Shown here: piece by piece, positions 49,608-58,270 of the stretch
Layout: every line of letters begins with the position of its first letter
Numbering within the stretch: position 1 is the stretch's first letter
From: Nannocystales bacterium
Lineage (GTDB): Bacteria > Myxococcota_A > Polyangia > Nannocystales > Nannocystaceae
DNA: 64,000 nucleotides
Assembly: GCA_050633305.1 (NCBI GenBank)
Contig: JBOEGF010000008.1
Coordinates: 1-64,000, forward strand
Direction of reading: 5' to 3'
Made by a program: the position numbers and the translations under genes
The notes under the pieces: model-generated
Seen by the model: only the letters and a program-made list of their open reading frames with translations
Database searches by the model: none
Told to the model about the DNA's origin: nothing

Positions 49608-50306
49608 ATGAAGATCTGCATCATCGGCGCATCCGGGAAACTCGGCCAGTACATGATCCAACACGCGCTCGACCGCGGGGACGAGGTCGTGGGGGTCTGC
49701 CGGACCCAAAGTGTGTCGAAGCTCGACCGGTTTGCCGACCGAATCACCATCGTGCCCGGACAAACCGACGACGCCGAGGTGATCCGCGCGGCGGTGCAGG
49801 GCTGCCAAGGCGTCCTCACCGTGCTGGTGCCCTGGGGCATGAAGGGTTACGCGTCGGGAACCGCACAGGCCGTGCTCGACCATGCGGAGCCCGGGGCTCG
49901 CCTGGTGTTCTCGTGTGGGTGGCACATCACGAAGGACGGCCAGGACGTGTACTCGACCAAGCTCAAGGCCCTGGTGAAAGTGGGCGGATTCTTCGCCCGC
50001 CTCGCACGTGTTGTGGACCTCGATGACCAAGTCCGCGCCTGCGACAGGATTTTCGCGAGCGACGCTCGCTGGACCGTCGTCCGCGGCAGCGACCTCGACG
50101 AAGGTCCTAGCGAGGGCGTTCCGGTGTGGAGTCGCCACGTGGGCGACGACATCCTCGAAAGCAACCGCACCCGACGGACCGACTTCGCGCTCTTCATGGT
50201 CGAGGCGCTGACCAACGACACGCTGATCCGCGAGGCCCCTGCGATCGTCAGTCGAGCCAGCGCTTCTGCACAGCGACACATGAGCGACCGACGCGAGCTC
50301 CGGTGA
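49608..50306 (+). CDS. NAD(P)H-binding protein (BVR-B/NmrA-like)
   Basis: KICIIGASGKLG Rossmann motif, WTVVR and RTDFALFM. Confidence 0.88.
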   Translation: MKICIIGASGKLGQYMIQHALDRGDEVVGVCRTQSVSKLDRFADRITIVPGQTDDAEVIRAAVQGCQGVLTVLVPWGMKGYASGTAQAVLDHAEPGARLVFSCGWHITKDGQDVYSTKLKALVKVGGFFARLARVVDLDDQVRACDRIFASDARWTVVRGSDLDEGPSEGVPVWSRHVGDDILESNRTRRTDFALFMVEALTNDTLIREAPAIVSRASASAQRHMSDRRELR

Positions 50307-50418
50307 CGCCACCCAACGACGACAGCCAACGCAGAAAAACACCTCCAAGAGTCAGGGTGTCCCGGGGGAACAGGGAGCGATTTCAGGCACCCGCGCTCGC
50401 GTCGCGGTGAACAACGTG

Positions 50419-50502
50419 TCCTTTGAAGCCCATTGGCGTGGGCTTCAAAGGAAGCGGGGCAGTCTGCCCCCGAACCAGCTCGCCCGCACCGCAACCGGTT
50501 GC
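50419..50502. promoter_or_regulatory. Cluster of palindromes upstream of the PAS/Roadblock/ODP operon
   Basis: TCCTTTGAAGCCCA-N6-TGGGCTTCAAAGGA (perfect 14-bp arms, 50419-50452), GGGGCAG-T-CTGCCCC (50456-50470) and GCAACCGGTTGC (50491-50502). Confidence 0.55.
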
Positions 50503-50550
50503 AGCATTTGCGCGACCAGTCTTCCGAAACCGGCCTACGGTGCCATTGGA

Positions 50551-51297
50551 GTGAACGAACGGCAAACACTGTTCTTGGCCCCTGTAGGGGCTCCTGCGCC
50601 CAGGAACGCAGCGTCTACGGTCGCGAAATCGCGCCTGGCCGAGGTGCTGATGCAGTTGCCGGTATCTGTCCTTTTGGTGCACCCCTCGGGCCTCGTCGCA
50701 TTCGCGAACGATACCGCGATCCAGGCGACTGGCCGAACACCGCTTGTCGGTACAAGCATCGAATCTGTTCTGGCACCGCTCGAGACCCTACGCTCCGTCG
50801 AGCGAGCGCAGACGAACGTCGGCTACACAGTGGCTGACATCGCCCCTTCCGAGGACGGAAGTCTCTGTGCCGTGGTCGTGCACGACATGCCGCGCGCGCT
50901 CCAGCGAATCGGAGCGTGCGACGGCACATGTGATGGTTCCAACACCGCTGGGATCTGCACGCTGTGCTGGGAGCAAAACCTCCTGAAGGTCGTCGGACAC
51001 AGTGGCCCCAACCCCAAAGAGGAAGCGCTCGCGTTCTGCAACAGCGCGGTCGGGCAAGCGGATGTAGCGACGGATGCCGAGGCTGCTCCTATCCCACCGC
51101 CGCCCACCTGGCACGACGAGCAACGGGACTTCGACCAGCTGGTGAGCGATGGCGCCGAAGCGCTCCTCACCAAGGAGTACCGCGCCGCGCTGGAAGCTTA
51201 TGAGATGGCCGCCCGCCTGCGGCCCGACGCACCCCGAATCCAGATGATCCGGGGAAACCTTGAACGGCTTCGCGAGCTCGTCGCCGCCTCAGACTGA
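50551..51297 (+). CDS. PAS-like domain protein with Cys cluster and C-terminal TPR-like helix pair
   Basis: VLMQLPVSVLLVHPSGLVAFANDTA (PAS start), CDGTC...CTLC, and EYRAALEAYEMAARLRPD (TPR-like). Start inferred. Confidence 0.65.
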   Translation: MNERQTLFLAPVGAPAPRNAASTVAKSRLAEVLMQLPVSVLLVHPSGLVAFANDTAIQATGRTPLVGTSIESVLAPLETLRSVERAQTNVGYTVADIAPSEDGSLCAVVVHDMPRALQRIGACDGTCDGSNTAGICTLCWEQNLLKVVGHSGPNPKEEALAFCNSAVGQADVATDAEAAPIPPPPTWHDEQRDFDQLVSDGAEALLTKEYRAALEAYEMAARLRPDAPRIQMIRGNLERLRELVAASD

Positions 51298-51321
51298 TTC
51301 GAGACAGAAAGCAGGAACGAA

Positions 51322-51687
51322 GTGTCCAGGATCGATAACCTCAACAAAGTACTCCGAGACCTCCAATCTGGCGGTCCCGACGTCGAAGCCAGCGCGTTGA
51401 TCAGTGAAGACGGGCTGATGATCGCCAGCGCCCTGCCCCAACACGTCGAAGAAGCTCGTGTCGCAGGCATGACGGCCACACTGCTGGGGCTAGGAACCCG
51501 CGCGGCAAACGAGCTGGCCCGGGGCGACCTCGAAGAAGTCCTCATCCGTGGCAAGGACGGATACGCGTGCATGATGGCCGCCGGCTCCGGGACGCTGCTG
51601 CTCGCCATGACGACACGCCAGGCGAAGCTCGGACTTCTCTTTCTCGACATGCGCCGCGCCGTCGAAGACATCCGACGCGTTCTGTGA
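51322..51687 (+). CDS. Roadblock/LC7 (MglB-like) domain protein
   Basis: VEASALISEDGLMIASALP...RVAGMTATLLGLG...ELARGDLEEVLIRGKDGY...AKLGLLFLDMRR. Confidence 0.92.
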   Translation: MSRIDNLNKVLRDLQSGGPDVEASALISEDGLMIASALPQHVEEARVAGMTATLLGLGTRAANELARGDLEEVLIRGKDGYACMMAAGSGTLLLAMTTRQAKLGLLFLDMRRAVEDIRRVL

Positions 51688-51694
51688 TCCGGTC

Positions 51695-52285
51695 ATGACA
51701 CCCACAGGCATCGCGGGGGAGAACAGCCCGCTCTGGCTGAGTACCGGCCTCGTCACCCTTGGATTGATGGGCTGGCTCGCGGCCGGTGTCGCAGCGCCCA
51801 CCGAACCCGGCGAGACTCGAGGGGTTCGCAAGGCAGCACCCGCACTAGCGGCTGTTGTGTCCGAGCCCGAGCCCCAGCCCCAGCCTATCGCCAAGCTCGA
51901 CACCCCGACGCCACCGAAGCCGGTCCCCGAACCGTGTGCGCCAGTTGTGGAGTTGCAGTTTGCCTCCGGGTCCAGCGACGTCGCCGACGCGACCGCACTG
52001 GAGACGATCCTCGCGGCAGCGGAACGCTTCAGCGACCGGAAGATCGTGGTCGAGGGATACGCCAGCGCAACCGGCTCGCCCCACCGCAACCTCGAACTGA
52101 GTCACCGCCGCGCCGGCCGAGCCAAGGCCAAGCTGGTCGCCGCAGGCATCGCCAACAAGCGTGTGCGTGTGCAGGCGTTCGGTGAGTACCGCCCCAACCT
52201 CGCAGGCGATGCGGACCAAGACCGAAGGGTCCTGATCAGGCTCGAGGGGCTGCCGTCCTGCCCAACGCCACAAGGAGACGAGTGA
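51695..52285 (+). CDS. OmpA/MotB-like peptidoglycan-binding membrane protein
   Basis: N-terminal TM and Pro linker, then LQFASGSS...VEGYASATGSPHRNLELSHRRA...AFGEYRP...DRRV. Confidence 0.88.
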   Translation: MTPTGIAGENSPLWLSTGLVTLGLMGWLAAGVAAPTEPGETRGVRKAAPALAAVVSEPEPQPQPIAKLDTPTPPKPVPEPCAPVVELQFASGSSDVADATALETILAAAERFSDRKIVVEGYASATGSPHRNLELSHRRAGRAKAKLVAAGIANKRVRVQAFGEYRPNLAGDADQDRRVLIRLEGLPSCPTPQGDE

Positions 52286-52289
52286 AGCC

Positions 52290-53174
52290 ATGATGACGAG
52301 TGTTCTACTGGGGCTCTTCGGAGCCATTGCGACCGGGACCGGCGGCTACCTGCTCGGAGCCCGAGCCGGGCGAGACTCCCGCCGCGCGTTGGAGGGACGC
52401 GTCGACGAGGCACGGGTCCAGACCGAAGCGCTCTCGCAGGAGCTCGCCCAGTCTCGTCTCCAGCTCGCGGCGGCGCAAACCCGCGCCGAGCAGCAAGACA
52501 CCAACAGCCAACAGGTGGCGAGTCAGGTCCGTACGTTGCTCGGGCCCATCGTCGGCGCGCAAGAGACCGCCACGGCAAAGCTTCAGGCCCAGATGCAAGC
52601 GCTCGCCGACCGCGTCGTCGGCGGGGACGGCAGTGTTGAACAGCTCGACGCACTCCGCAGAGAGGTCCAACACACGCTCGCTCCCCTTCTCGAGAAAGAC
52701 CGAAAGAGCGAGGGGCTGCACAAGATGATGCTCGACGTCCTGGGTCCGCTGATGGAAAAGGAGCGACGGGCACACGGGCTCACACTCGTCAGCCCCAACC
52801 GACGAAGCCGGCATGAGCTACCCAAGCTCCTCGACACGCTCGCTCAACGCGGGGGGTTCGCGACGGTTCTCCTCAGCGACGAGATGGGCTTGCCGCTCGC
52901 GGCCAGTGCTGCCGCTCGCGATGCGGACGTCCTCGCAGGGGTGTCCTCCCTCGTGTTCTCCCTGACCGACCGCGTCGTACGCTCGGGAGGACCGGCTCCG
53001 TTGGCGGTCCTCCTGCGTGACGCGTCCAACCAGCGGATTCTGCACCGCATCTTCAGTGTCGACGGCGAACGCTACCTGGTGACCGCAGTGTCCAGGGGCG
53101 GAACGCTCACGACCGACGCACTCGACCCCGCTCTGGCCGCACTCGAGGACATCCTCGGAACCCAGGCCGCCTAG
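52290..53174 (+). CDS. Membrane-anchored coiled-coil protein with C-terminal Roadblock-like domain
   Basis: N-terminal TM, a long heptad region, and FATVLLSDEMGLPLAAS...LAGVSS (Roadblock-like). Confidence 0.75.
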   Translation: MMTSVLLGLFGAIATGTGGYLLGARAGRDSRRALEGRVDEARVQTEALSQELAQSRLQLAAAQTRAEQQDTNSQQVASQVRTLLGPIVGAQETATAKLQAQMQALADRVVGGDGSVEQLDALRREVQHTLAPLLEKDRKSEGLHKMMLDVLGPLMEKERRAHGLTLVSPNRRSRHELPKLLDTLAQRGGFATVLLSDEMGLPLAASAAARDADVLAGVSSLVFSLTDRVVRSGGPAPLAVLLRDASNQRILHRIFSVDGERYLVTAVSRGGTLTTDALDPALAALEDILGTQAA

Positions 53175-53182
53175 GAGACGAA

Positions 53183-53959
53183 ATGGACCCTTCAAAGACC
53201 GCAACCCTCTTCGAATCCGCTGACCACAAGAATCTGTTGTTCCCCGAGTTCGGCGGCGACGGGGACCTGGCCGTGCAGGCCAACCAGTACATGATCGTCC
53301 ACGGCTCCGAAGCCATGATCCTCGACCCGGGGGGGCATAAAGTCTACTCCAAGGTCCTAGGCGAGGTGTTCGCACAGCTGGGCCGGGGGAAGCTCGCTTC
53401 GATAGTGCTCTCCCATCAAGACCCCGACATCGTCGCGGCGATCAACGGCTGGCTCACAACCACCGATGCGGTCGCCTACGCGTCGGCGCTTTGGACTCGC
53501 TTCATCCCCCACTTTGGTCTCGACCACCTGATGGCGGAGCGCCTGCTTCCGGTGCCGGACGAGGGCCAGTGGATCGACGTTGGAGGAGCCCCGATCGCGT
53601 TGCTTCCCGCGCACTTTCTCCACTCCTGCGGCAACCTTCAGGTCTTCGACCCCACCGCCAAGATCCTGTACACCGGCGACCTCGGCGCCTCGCTCGGGCA
53701 GGACTACCGCGAGGTGACCGACTTCGATGCCCACATCCAGTACATGGAGGGCTTCCACCGCCGCTACATGGCTGGAAACGCGGTCATGAAGGCCTGGGCC
53801 AACATGGTACGTCCACTCGACCTCGACATCATCGCTCCGCAGCATGGTGCGGTGTTCAAGGGCAAGGAGATGGTCAGTCGCTTCATCGACTGGTGTGCCG
53901 GCCTCGAGTGCGGCGTGGATGTCATCGGTTCGAACTTCGTCGTGCCCCCGCAGGCCTAG
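53183..53959 (+). CDS. Oxygen-binding di-iron protein (ODP), metallo-beta-lactamase fold
   Basis: VQANQY, LDPGG, SHQDPDI, AHFLHSCGN, KILYTGDLGAS, FHRRYM and IAPQHG. Confidence 0.85.
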   Translation: MDPSKTATLFESADHKNLLFPEFGGDGDLAVQANQYMIVHGSEAMILDPGGHKVYSKVLGEVFAQLGRGKLASIVLSHQDPDIVAAINGWLTTTDAVAYASALWTRFIPHFGLDHLMAERLLPVPDEGQWIDVGGAPIALLPAHFLHSCGNLQVFDPTAKILYTGDLGASLGQDYREVTDFDAHIQYMEGFHRRYMAGNAVMKAWANMVRPLDLDIIAPQHGAVFKGKEMVSRFIDWCAGLECGVDVIGSNFVVPPQA

Positions 53960-53976
53960 CGAAGAGTCGGGGTGCC

Positions 53977-54852
53977 TCAGGGCTGGCCTTCGGTGGCCGC
54001 GAGGATGTCGGTCGCGTGCACGTGTGCCATGTCATCCGCCAGCTCGCGCAGCAGAGCCTCGAAGGTCCCGGCGTCCTGGGGCACGGCGGACTCGCGCCAC
54101 TCTTCCGACAAGGCGAGGCGTCCTCGCAACGCCGCGGAAAACACATCGAGCCAGGTCGGTGCGCTGAACGTGAAGTTGAGTGAGACCGCATCGGTGCTCG
54201 CGTGGGTGGCGTGCCAGATGCCCCGCGGGACGAAGAGCACGGAACCCGGCTCGAGGACGATTTCGGTGCAGTCCTCCGGCAGCCCGGCAGGCATTGGAAG
54301 CCGGGCATAGGACGCGAGTTCGGGGTCGAGCGGCTGGCCGAGCCTGTGGCGGGTCATCGGCGCGCTGACGTTGTGGTTGGGCGCGAGAAACCACCGCTTC
54401 GTGCCGTGCAGCTGCAGCACGAAGTTCACGTTCTGGTCGAAGTGTGTCGCCGTGCCCGTGCCCCCCGGTGTCGCGTAGACCAAGCACCGCTCCTGTGTGA
54501 GCGCGGAGAATCCAAGCTCAGCCCGGATCGCCTCGAGCCAGGGGATGAGTCCCGGCACCTGCAACTGCACCTCGCTGAACAGCAGCGTCCTGCCCTGCGC
54601 GAACAGCTCCTGAGCATCGTCGGCACCCACCATGCTCGAGCTGGCTTCATCCGCCACCTCGGGGTCGAACACTTCGACCGGGTCCGGCCACCCTGCAAGC
54701 AGGCTCTCCAGCGAGCCGAGCAGAGGTCGTGCCCGGAGTTCAGAGTTCGACGACTGCGCACCGTGGACCACGAACGGCTCGCCGCCTCGCATGTGCTCGA
54801 GCAGCTCCTCGGCGGAGTGCGGAAAGATCAACGCTTCAATGCCTGGGCTCAT
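53977..54852 (-). CDS. JmjC/cupin 2-oxoglutarate oxygenase
   Basis: THFDQNVNFVLQLHGTKRW and LEPGSVLFVPRGIWHAT (HxD...H triad). ATG 54852 inferred. Confidence 0.88.
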   Translation of the reverse strand: MSPGIEALIFPHSAEELLEHMRGGEPFVVHGAQSSNSELRARPLLGSLESLLAGWPDPVEVFDPEVADEASSSMVGADDAQELFAQGRTLLFSEVQLQVPGLIPWLEAIRAELGFSALTQERCLVYATPGGTGTATHFDQNVNFVLQLHGTKRWFLAPNHNVSAPMTRHRLGQPLDPELASYARLPMPAGLPEDCTEIVLEPGSVLFVPRGIWHATHASTDAVSLNFTFSAPTWLDVFSAALRGRLALSEEWRESAVPQDAGTFEALLRELADDMAHVHATDILAATEGQP

Positions 54853-55035
54853 GGGCCGCTTCGCCTCGCGGCAACATCCCACAGCGCCGTGGTCAAGAAC
54901 ACCGCCGCGTCGGTCCCGAACCGCGGGAACCGAGCGCGAACAACGCCTCGGGGTACGGCCGCACAGCGTCTTTGTGAACATGAATCGACCGTCCCGACCG
55001 TACACTGCGACCGACGAGCCTGAGACAGGAGACAA

Positions 55036-58000
55036 ATGGCCTTTCGCGACTGGTTAGTTCAAGGGGTACTCATCACCGGAGTTGTCGCATGCGGCAACGA
55101 GGGTGCAGTGTCCCCATCCGATGGTGGCACAAGCACGGGGGGCGAAACAGGAGGCCCTCCGCCAACACCGATCGGCTCGACCGGGGGCGAGACCGGGACG
55201 GTCGACGACTCGGAGGACGGGTCGACGACCGCACCCGACGCTGAAACCACAAGTGGCGCCGAAGACACGTCCCAAGGTGGTTCGACGGATGGAGACAGTA
55301 CCGGCCAGCAGTCCCCAGAATGCGGCAACGGTATCCTCGAGGACGGCGAAGAATGCGACGACGGACCCGGCAACGCCAATACCGCGGCGTGCAAAGAAGA
55401 CTGCACAGTCCAGTCTTGCCCGGATGGCTTCGTCGGCCCGGGGGAGGAATGCGACGACGGAGACGGCACCAACTGGAACGAGTGCACCAACACCTGCACG
55501 CTTCCTTTCTGCGGTGACCAGCTGACCTCAATCGGAGAGGAGTGTGACGACGGCAACACCGACGACGACGATGGATGCTTGTCGACGTGCGTCGACGCCA
55601 GTTGCGGTGACGGTTTCATCCACAGCGGGACCGAGGAGTGCGACGACGGCAACCTGATCGACACCGACAGCTGCCGGTCCGACTGCACCCAAGCGTTCTG
55701 TGGCGACAGCGTGATCTGGGAAGGCGTGGAGACCTGCGACGACGGCAACCTCTCCGACACCGACGCGTGCCCGACATCATGCGTCCCGGCATTCTGTGGC
55801 GACGCCTTCGTACAATCGGGCGTCGAGGCCTGTGATGACGGCAACCTGATCGACACGGACGCGTGCCTGGCGAGCTGCCAGACGGCCACCTGCGGAGACG
55901 GCGTGATCTGGGAGGGCACCGAGACCTGCGACGACATGAACCTCGCGGACGACGATGCCTGCCCATCGACGTGCGCCCCCGCGTTCTGCGGAGACGGGTT
56001 CATCTGGGCGGGGGTGGAGACCTGCGACGACGGGAACATCGACGACACCGACAGCTGCCCTACGTCCTGCAGCCCCGCATTTTGCGGCGACGGCTTCGTG
56101 GAGGCTGCCAACGAGGCCTGTGACGACGCGAATGCGGACAACACCGACGACTGCCTCGACGACTGCACGGTCGCCTCGTGTGGAGATGGGTTCGTTCAAC
56201 TCGGGGTCGAGGAGTGCGACGACGGCGGCATCATCGACGGCGACGGTTGCGAGAGCGACTGCACAATCACGCCAGACCCATGCGGTCCTCCCGGGCAAGT
56301 TCTGTTCGTCGACGACGACGCGACTGGGGCCAACGATGGCTCGTCTTGGGACGACGCGTACACCTCGGTGTTCTTCGCGTTGCTGGCCGCCGAGTCCAAC
56401 GACGAGCTCTGGATCGCCCAAGGGAACTACCACCCGATCGCAGCCAACGCGCCTGTGGCAAGCCTGACGACGTGCGTCGATGTGTACGGCGGCTTCCTCG
56501 GAACCGAGGCCGACGTCGACGACCGCCCCACGCCACTGGCACCGACGGTCTTCGACGGCGACTTCAACCTGGACGATGGTGCTGCGATGCTGGACGACAA
56601 CGCGTTCCATGTCATCGCCGCGACGTCGGTCACCAACGTATTGGTCGACGGTGTGATCGTGACCGGCGGACACGCCACCGGAGCAGGCGAGAGCAGCCGC
56701 GGAGGAGGGGCGATCGTCGCGGACTCCGACATCACCCTCGACAACACGACCTTCGTCGCAAACACCGCGACAGGACGTGGCGCCGGACTCTACGCCGACC
56801 AGTCCACCGTTGACGTCACGTTCTCAACGTTCGACTCGAACACCACCGATGCTGACGGAGGAGGCCTCTGTGGCGACACGGCGTCGGTCGTCGCGGTCGA
56901 CAACAGCACGTTCATCGAGAACAACGCTGCTCGCGGCGGTGGCATTGCGCTGAGTTCCGCGACACTCACGGTGACCGACTCGTTGTTCGAGGACAACACC
57001 GCATCGTCTACGAGTTCCTCAGCGGGAGGCGGCGCGCTCTATGCCGATTCAAGCTCCACGACGGTGGACCTCTCGACCTTCGTCGTGAACACGGCGCGCT
57101 ACGGGGGCGCGGTTCGGACCTCGAATGGGACGCTCGATATCTCCGACTCGGTGTTCGACGGGAACACGGCTTCATCGAACGGCGGAGCAATGTACACCCT
57201 CAGTGCCAGCACGACGAGCGCCACGGTCTTCGTCGACAACTCGTCGGAGAGCTTCGGTGGCGCGGTATTCGTCGCAGACGTGTTTGGAAGCTCGCCCTCG
57301 GCGACCTTCGATGCCTGCCAATTCGAGACAAACATCGCCGGGAGTCAGGGCGGCGCTGCCTACCTCGCGGGCGACCACACAACCCTGTTGGACTCCACGT
57401 TCAACGGAAATACAGCGAACACGGGCGGCGCCATCTACGGTGGGTCGGGCGCCGACTTTTTCATCGCGGACTCGAGCTTCAACGACAACGCCGCATCGAG
57501 CGGTGGCGCTCTGTATACAGCCCTGTCGACGGCCAATGCCGAAGTGCTCCACAGCAACTTCACCGGCAACAGTGCCTCCAGCCGCGGCGGTGCGATCTAC
57601 GACGGGATGAGCTCCACCCGCCGACTCACGGTCTCGGATTGTGAGTTCCGAGACAACACAGCCGTGCTCTCCGGCGGCGCGCTCCGCGTCGTCGCAGGAC
57701 GGTTTACGGTGCGCGACTGCGGGTTCTCGCAGAACACGGCCGGGACCGACGGCGGCGCGATCTCGGCGCGCGGGGAGACAAACTCGTTGATCGCCAGCAC
57801 GTCGTTCTACGCCAACAGTGCTTCCGGGACCGGTGGTGGCATCTTCCTGTCGTCCAACGGGGCCGAGCTTCTTCCGATTCGCAATGTTGCGATCTGGGGC
57901 AACGGCACGGACATGGAGGGCGAAGGCAACGCTGCGATCTCTTACACCTGTAGCGAGGAGTTCCTCAGCGTCGGTGCCGGAAACACCTTGTCACTCGCCG

Positions 58001-58191
58001 ACCCCTTCGTGGTCGGTGACGCCGGAGAACTCTTCCTCGACCAAGCTTCGGCTTGTGTCGACGGCGGAAGCAACGTCGCCGCGAACGCGGACTACGGGGC
58101 CGACGGCACGAACTGGATCCTGCTCACAACGGCACAATCCGGCATGCTCGACGCAACACCCGTTGATATGGGCAGGCACTACCTCCCCTGA
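55036..58191 (+). CDS. Myxococcus Cys-rich repeat (DUF4215) lipoprotein with beta-helix domain
   Basis: LITGVVAC lipobox, ten CGDG...E.CDDGN repeats (~34 aa), FVDDDATGANDGSSWDDAY, and many F..N.A..GGA(I/L) repeats. Confidence 0.9.
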   Translation: MAFRDWLVQGVLITGVVACGNEGAVSPSDGGTSTGGETGGPPPTPIGSTGGETGTVDDSEDGSTTAPDAETTSGAEDTSQGGSTDGDSTGQQSPECGNGILEDGEECDDGPGNANTAACKEDCTVQSCPDGFVGPGEECDDGDGTNWNECTNTCTLPFCGDQLTSIGEECDDGNTDDDDGCLSTCVDASCGDGFIHSGTEECDDGNLIDTDSCRSDCTQAFCGDSVIWEGVETCDDGNLSDTDACPTSCVPAFCGDAFVQSGVEACDDGNLIDTDACLASCQTATCGDGVIWEGTETCDDMNLADDDACPSTCAPAFCGDGFIWAGVETCDDGNIDDTDSCPTSCSPAFCGDGFVEAANEACDDANADNTDDCLDDCTVASCGDGFVQLGVEECDDGGIIDGDGCESDCTITPDPCGPPGQVLFVDDDATGANDGSSWDDAYTSVFFALLAAESNDELWIAQGNYHPIAANAPVASLTTCVDVYGGFLGTEADVDDRPTPLAPTVFDGDFNLDDGAAMLDDNAFHVIAATSVTNVLVDGVIVTGGHATGAGESSRGGGAIVADSDITLDNTTFVANTATGRGAGLYADQSTVDVTFSTFDSNTTDADGGGLCGDTASVVAVDNSTFIENNAARGGGIALSSATLTVTDSLFEDNTASSTSSSAGGGALYADSSSTTVDLSTFVVNTARYGGAVRTSNGTLDISDSVFDGNTASSNGGAMYTLSASTTSATVFVDNSSESFGGAVFVADVFGSSPSATFDACQFETNIAGSQGGAAYLAGDHTTLLDSTFNGNTANTGGAIYGGSGADFFIADSSFNDNAASSGGALYTALSTANAEVLHSNFTGNSASSRGGAIYDGMSSTRRLTVSDCEFRDNTAVLSGGALRVVAGRFTVRDCGFSQNTAGTDGGAISARGETNSLIASTSFYANSASGTGGGIFLSSNGAELLPIRNVAIWGNGTDMEGEGNAAISYTCSEEFLSVGAGNTLSLADPFVVGDAGELFLDQASACVDGGSNVAANADYGADGTNWILLTTAQSGMLDATPVDMGRHYLP

Positions 58192-58270
58192 TCTGTCGCC
58201 CTGCCAAACTGGGTCTCCCAGGCCTACGGGGCGTCTGTAGCCCGCGGCCCGGGAGGCCCCAGCGCCACCG

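Noticed and set aside
50490..50515. Sigma-54 promoter
   Set aside because: The GG-to-GC spacing is 11 rather than the required 10.
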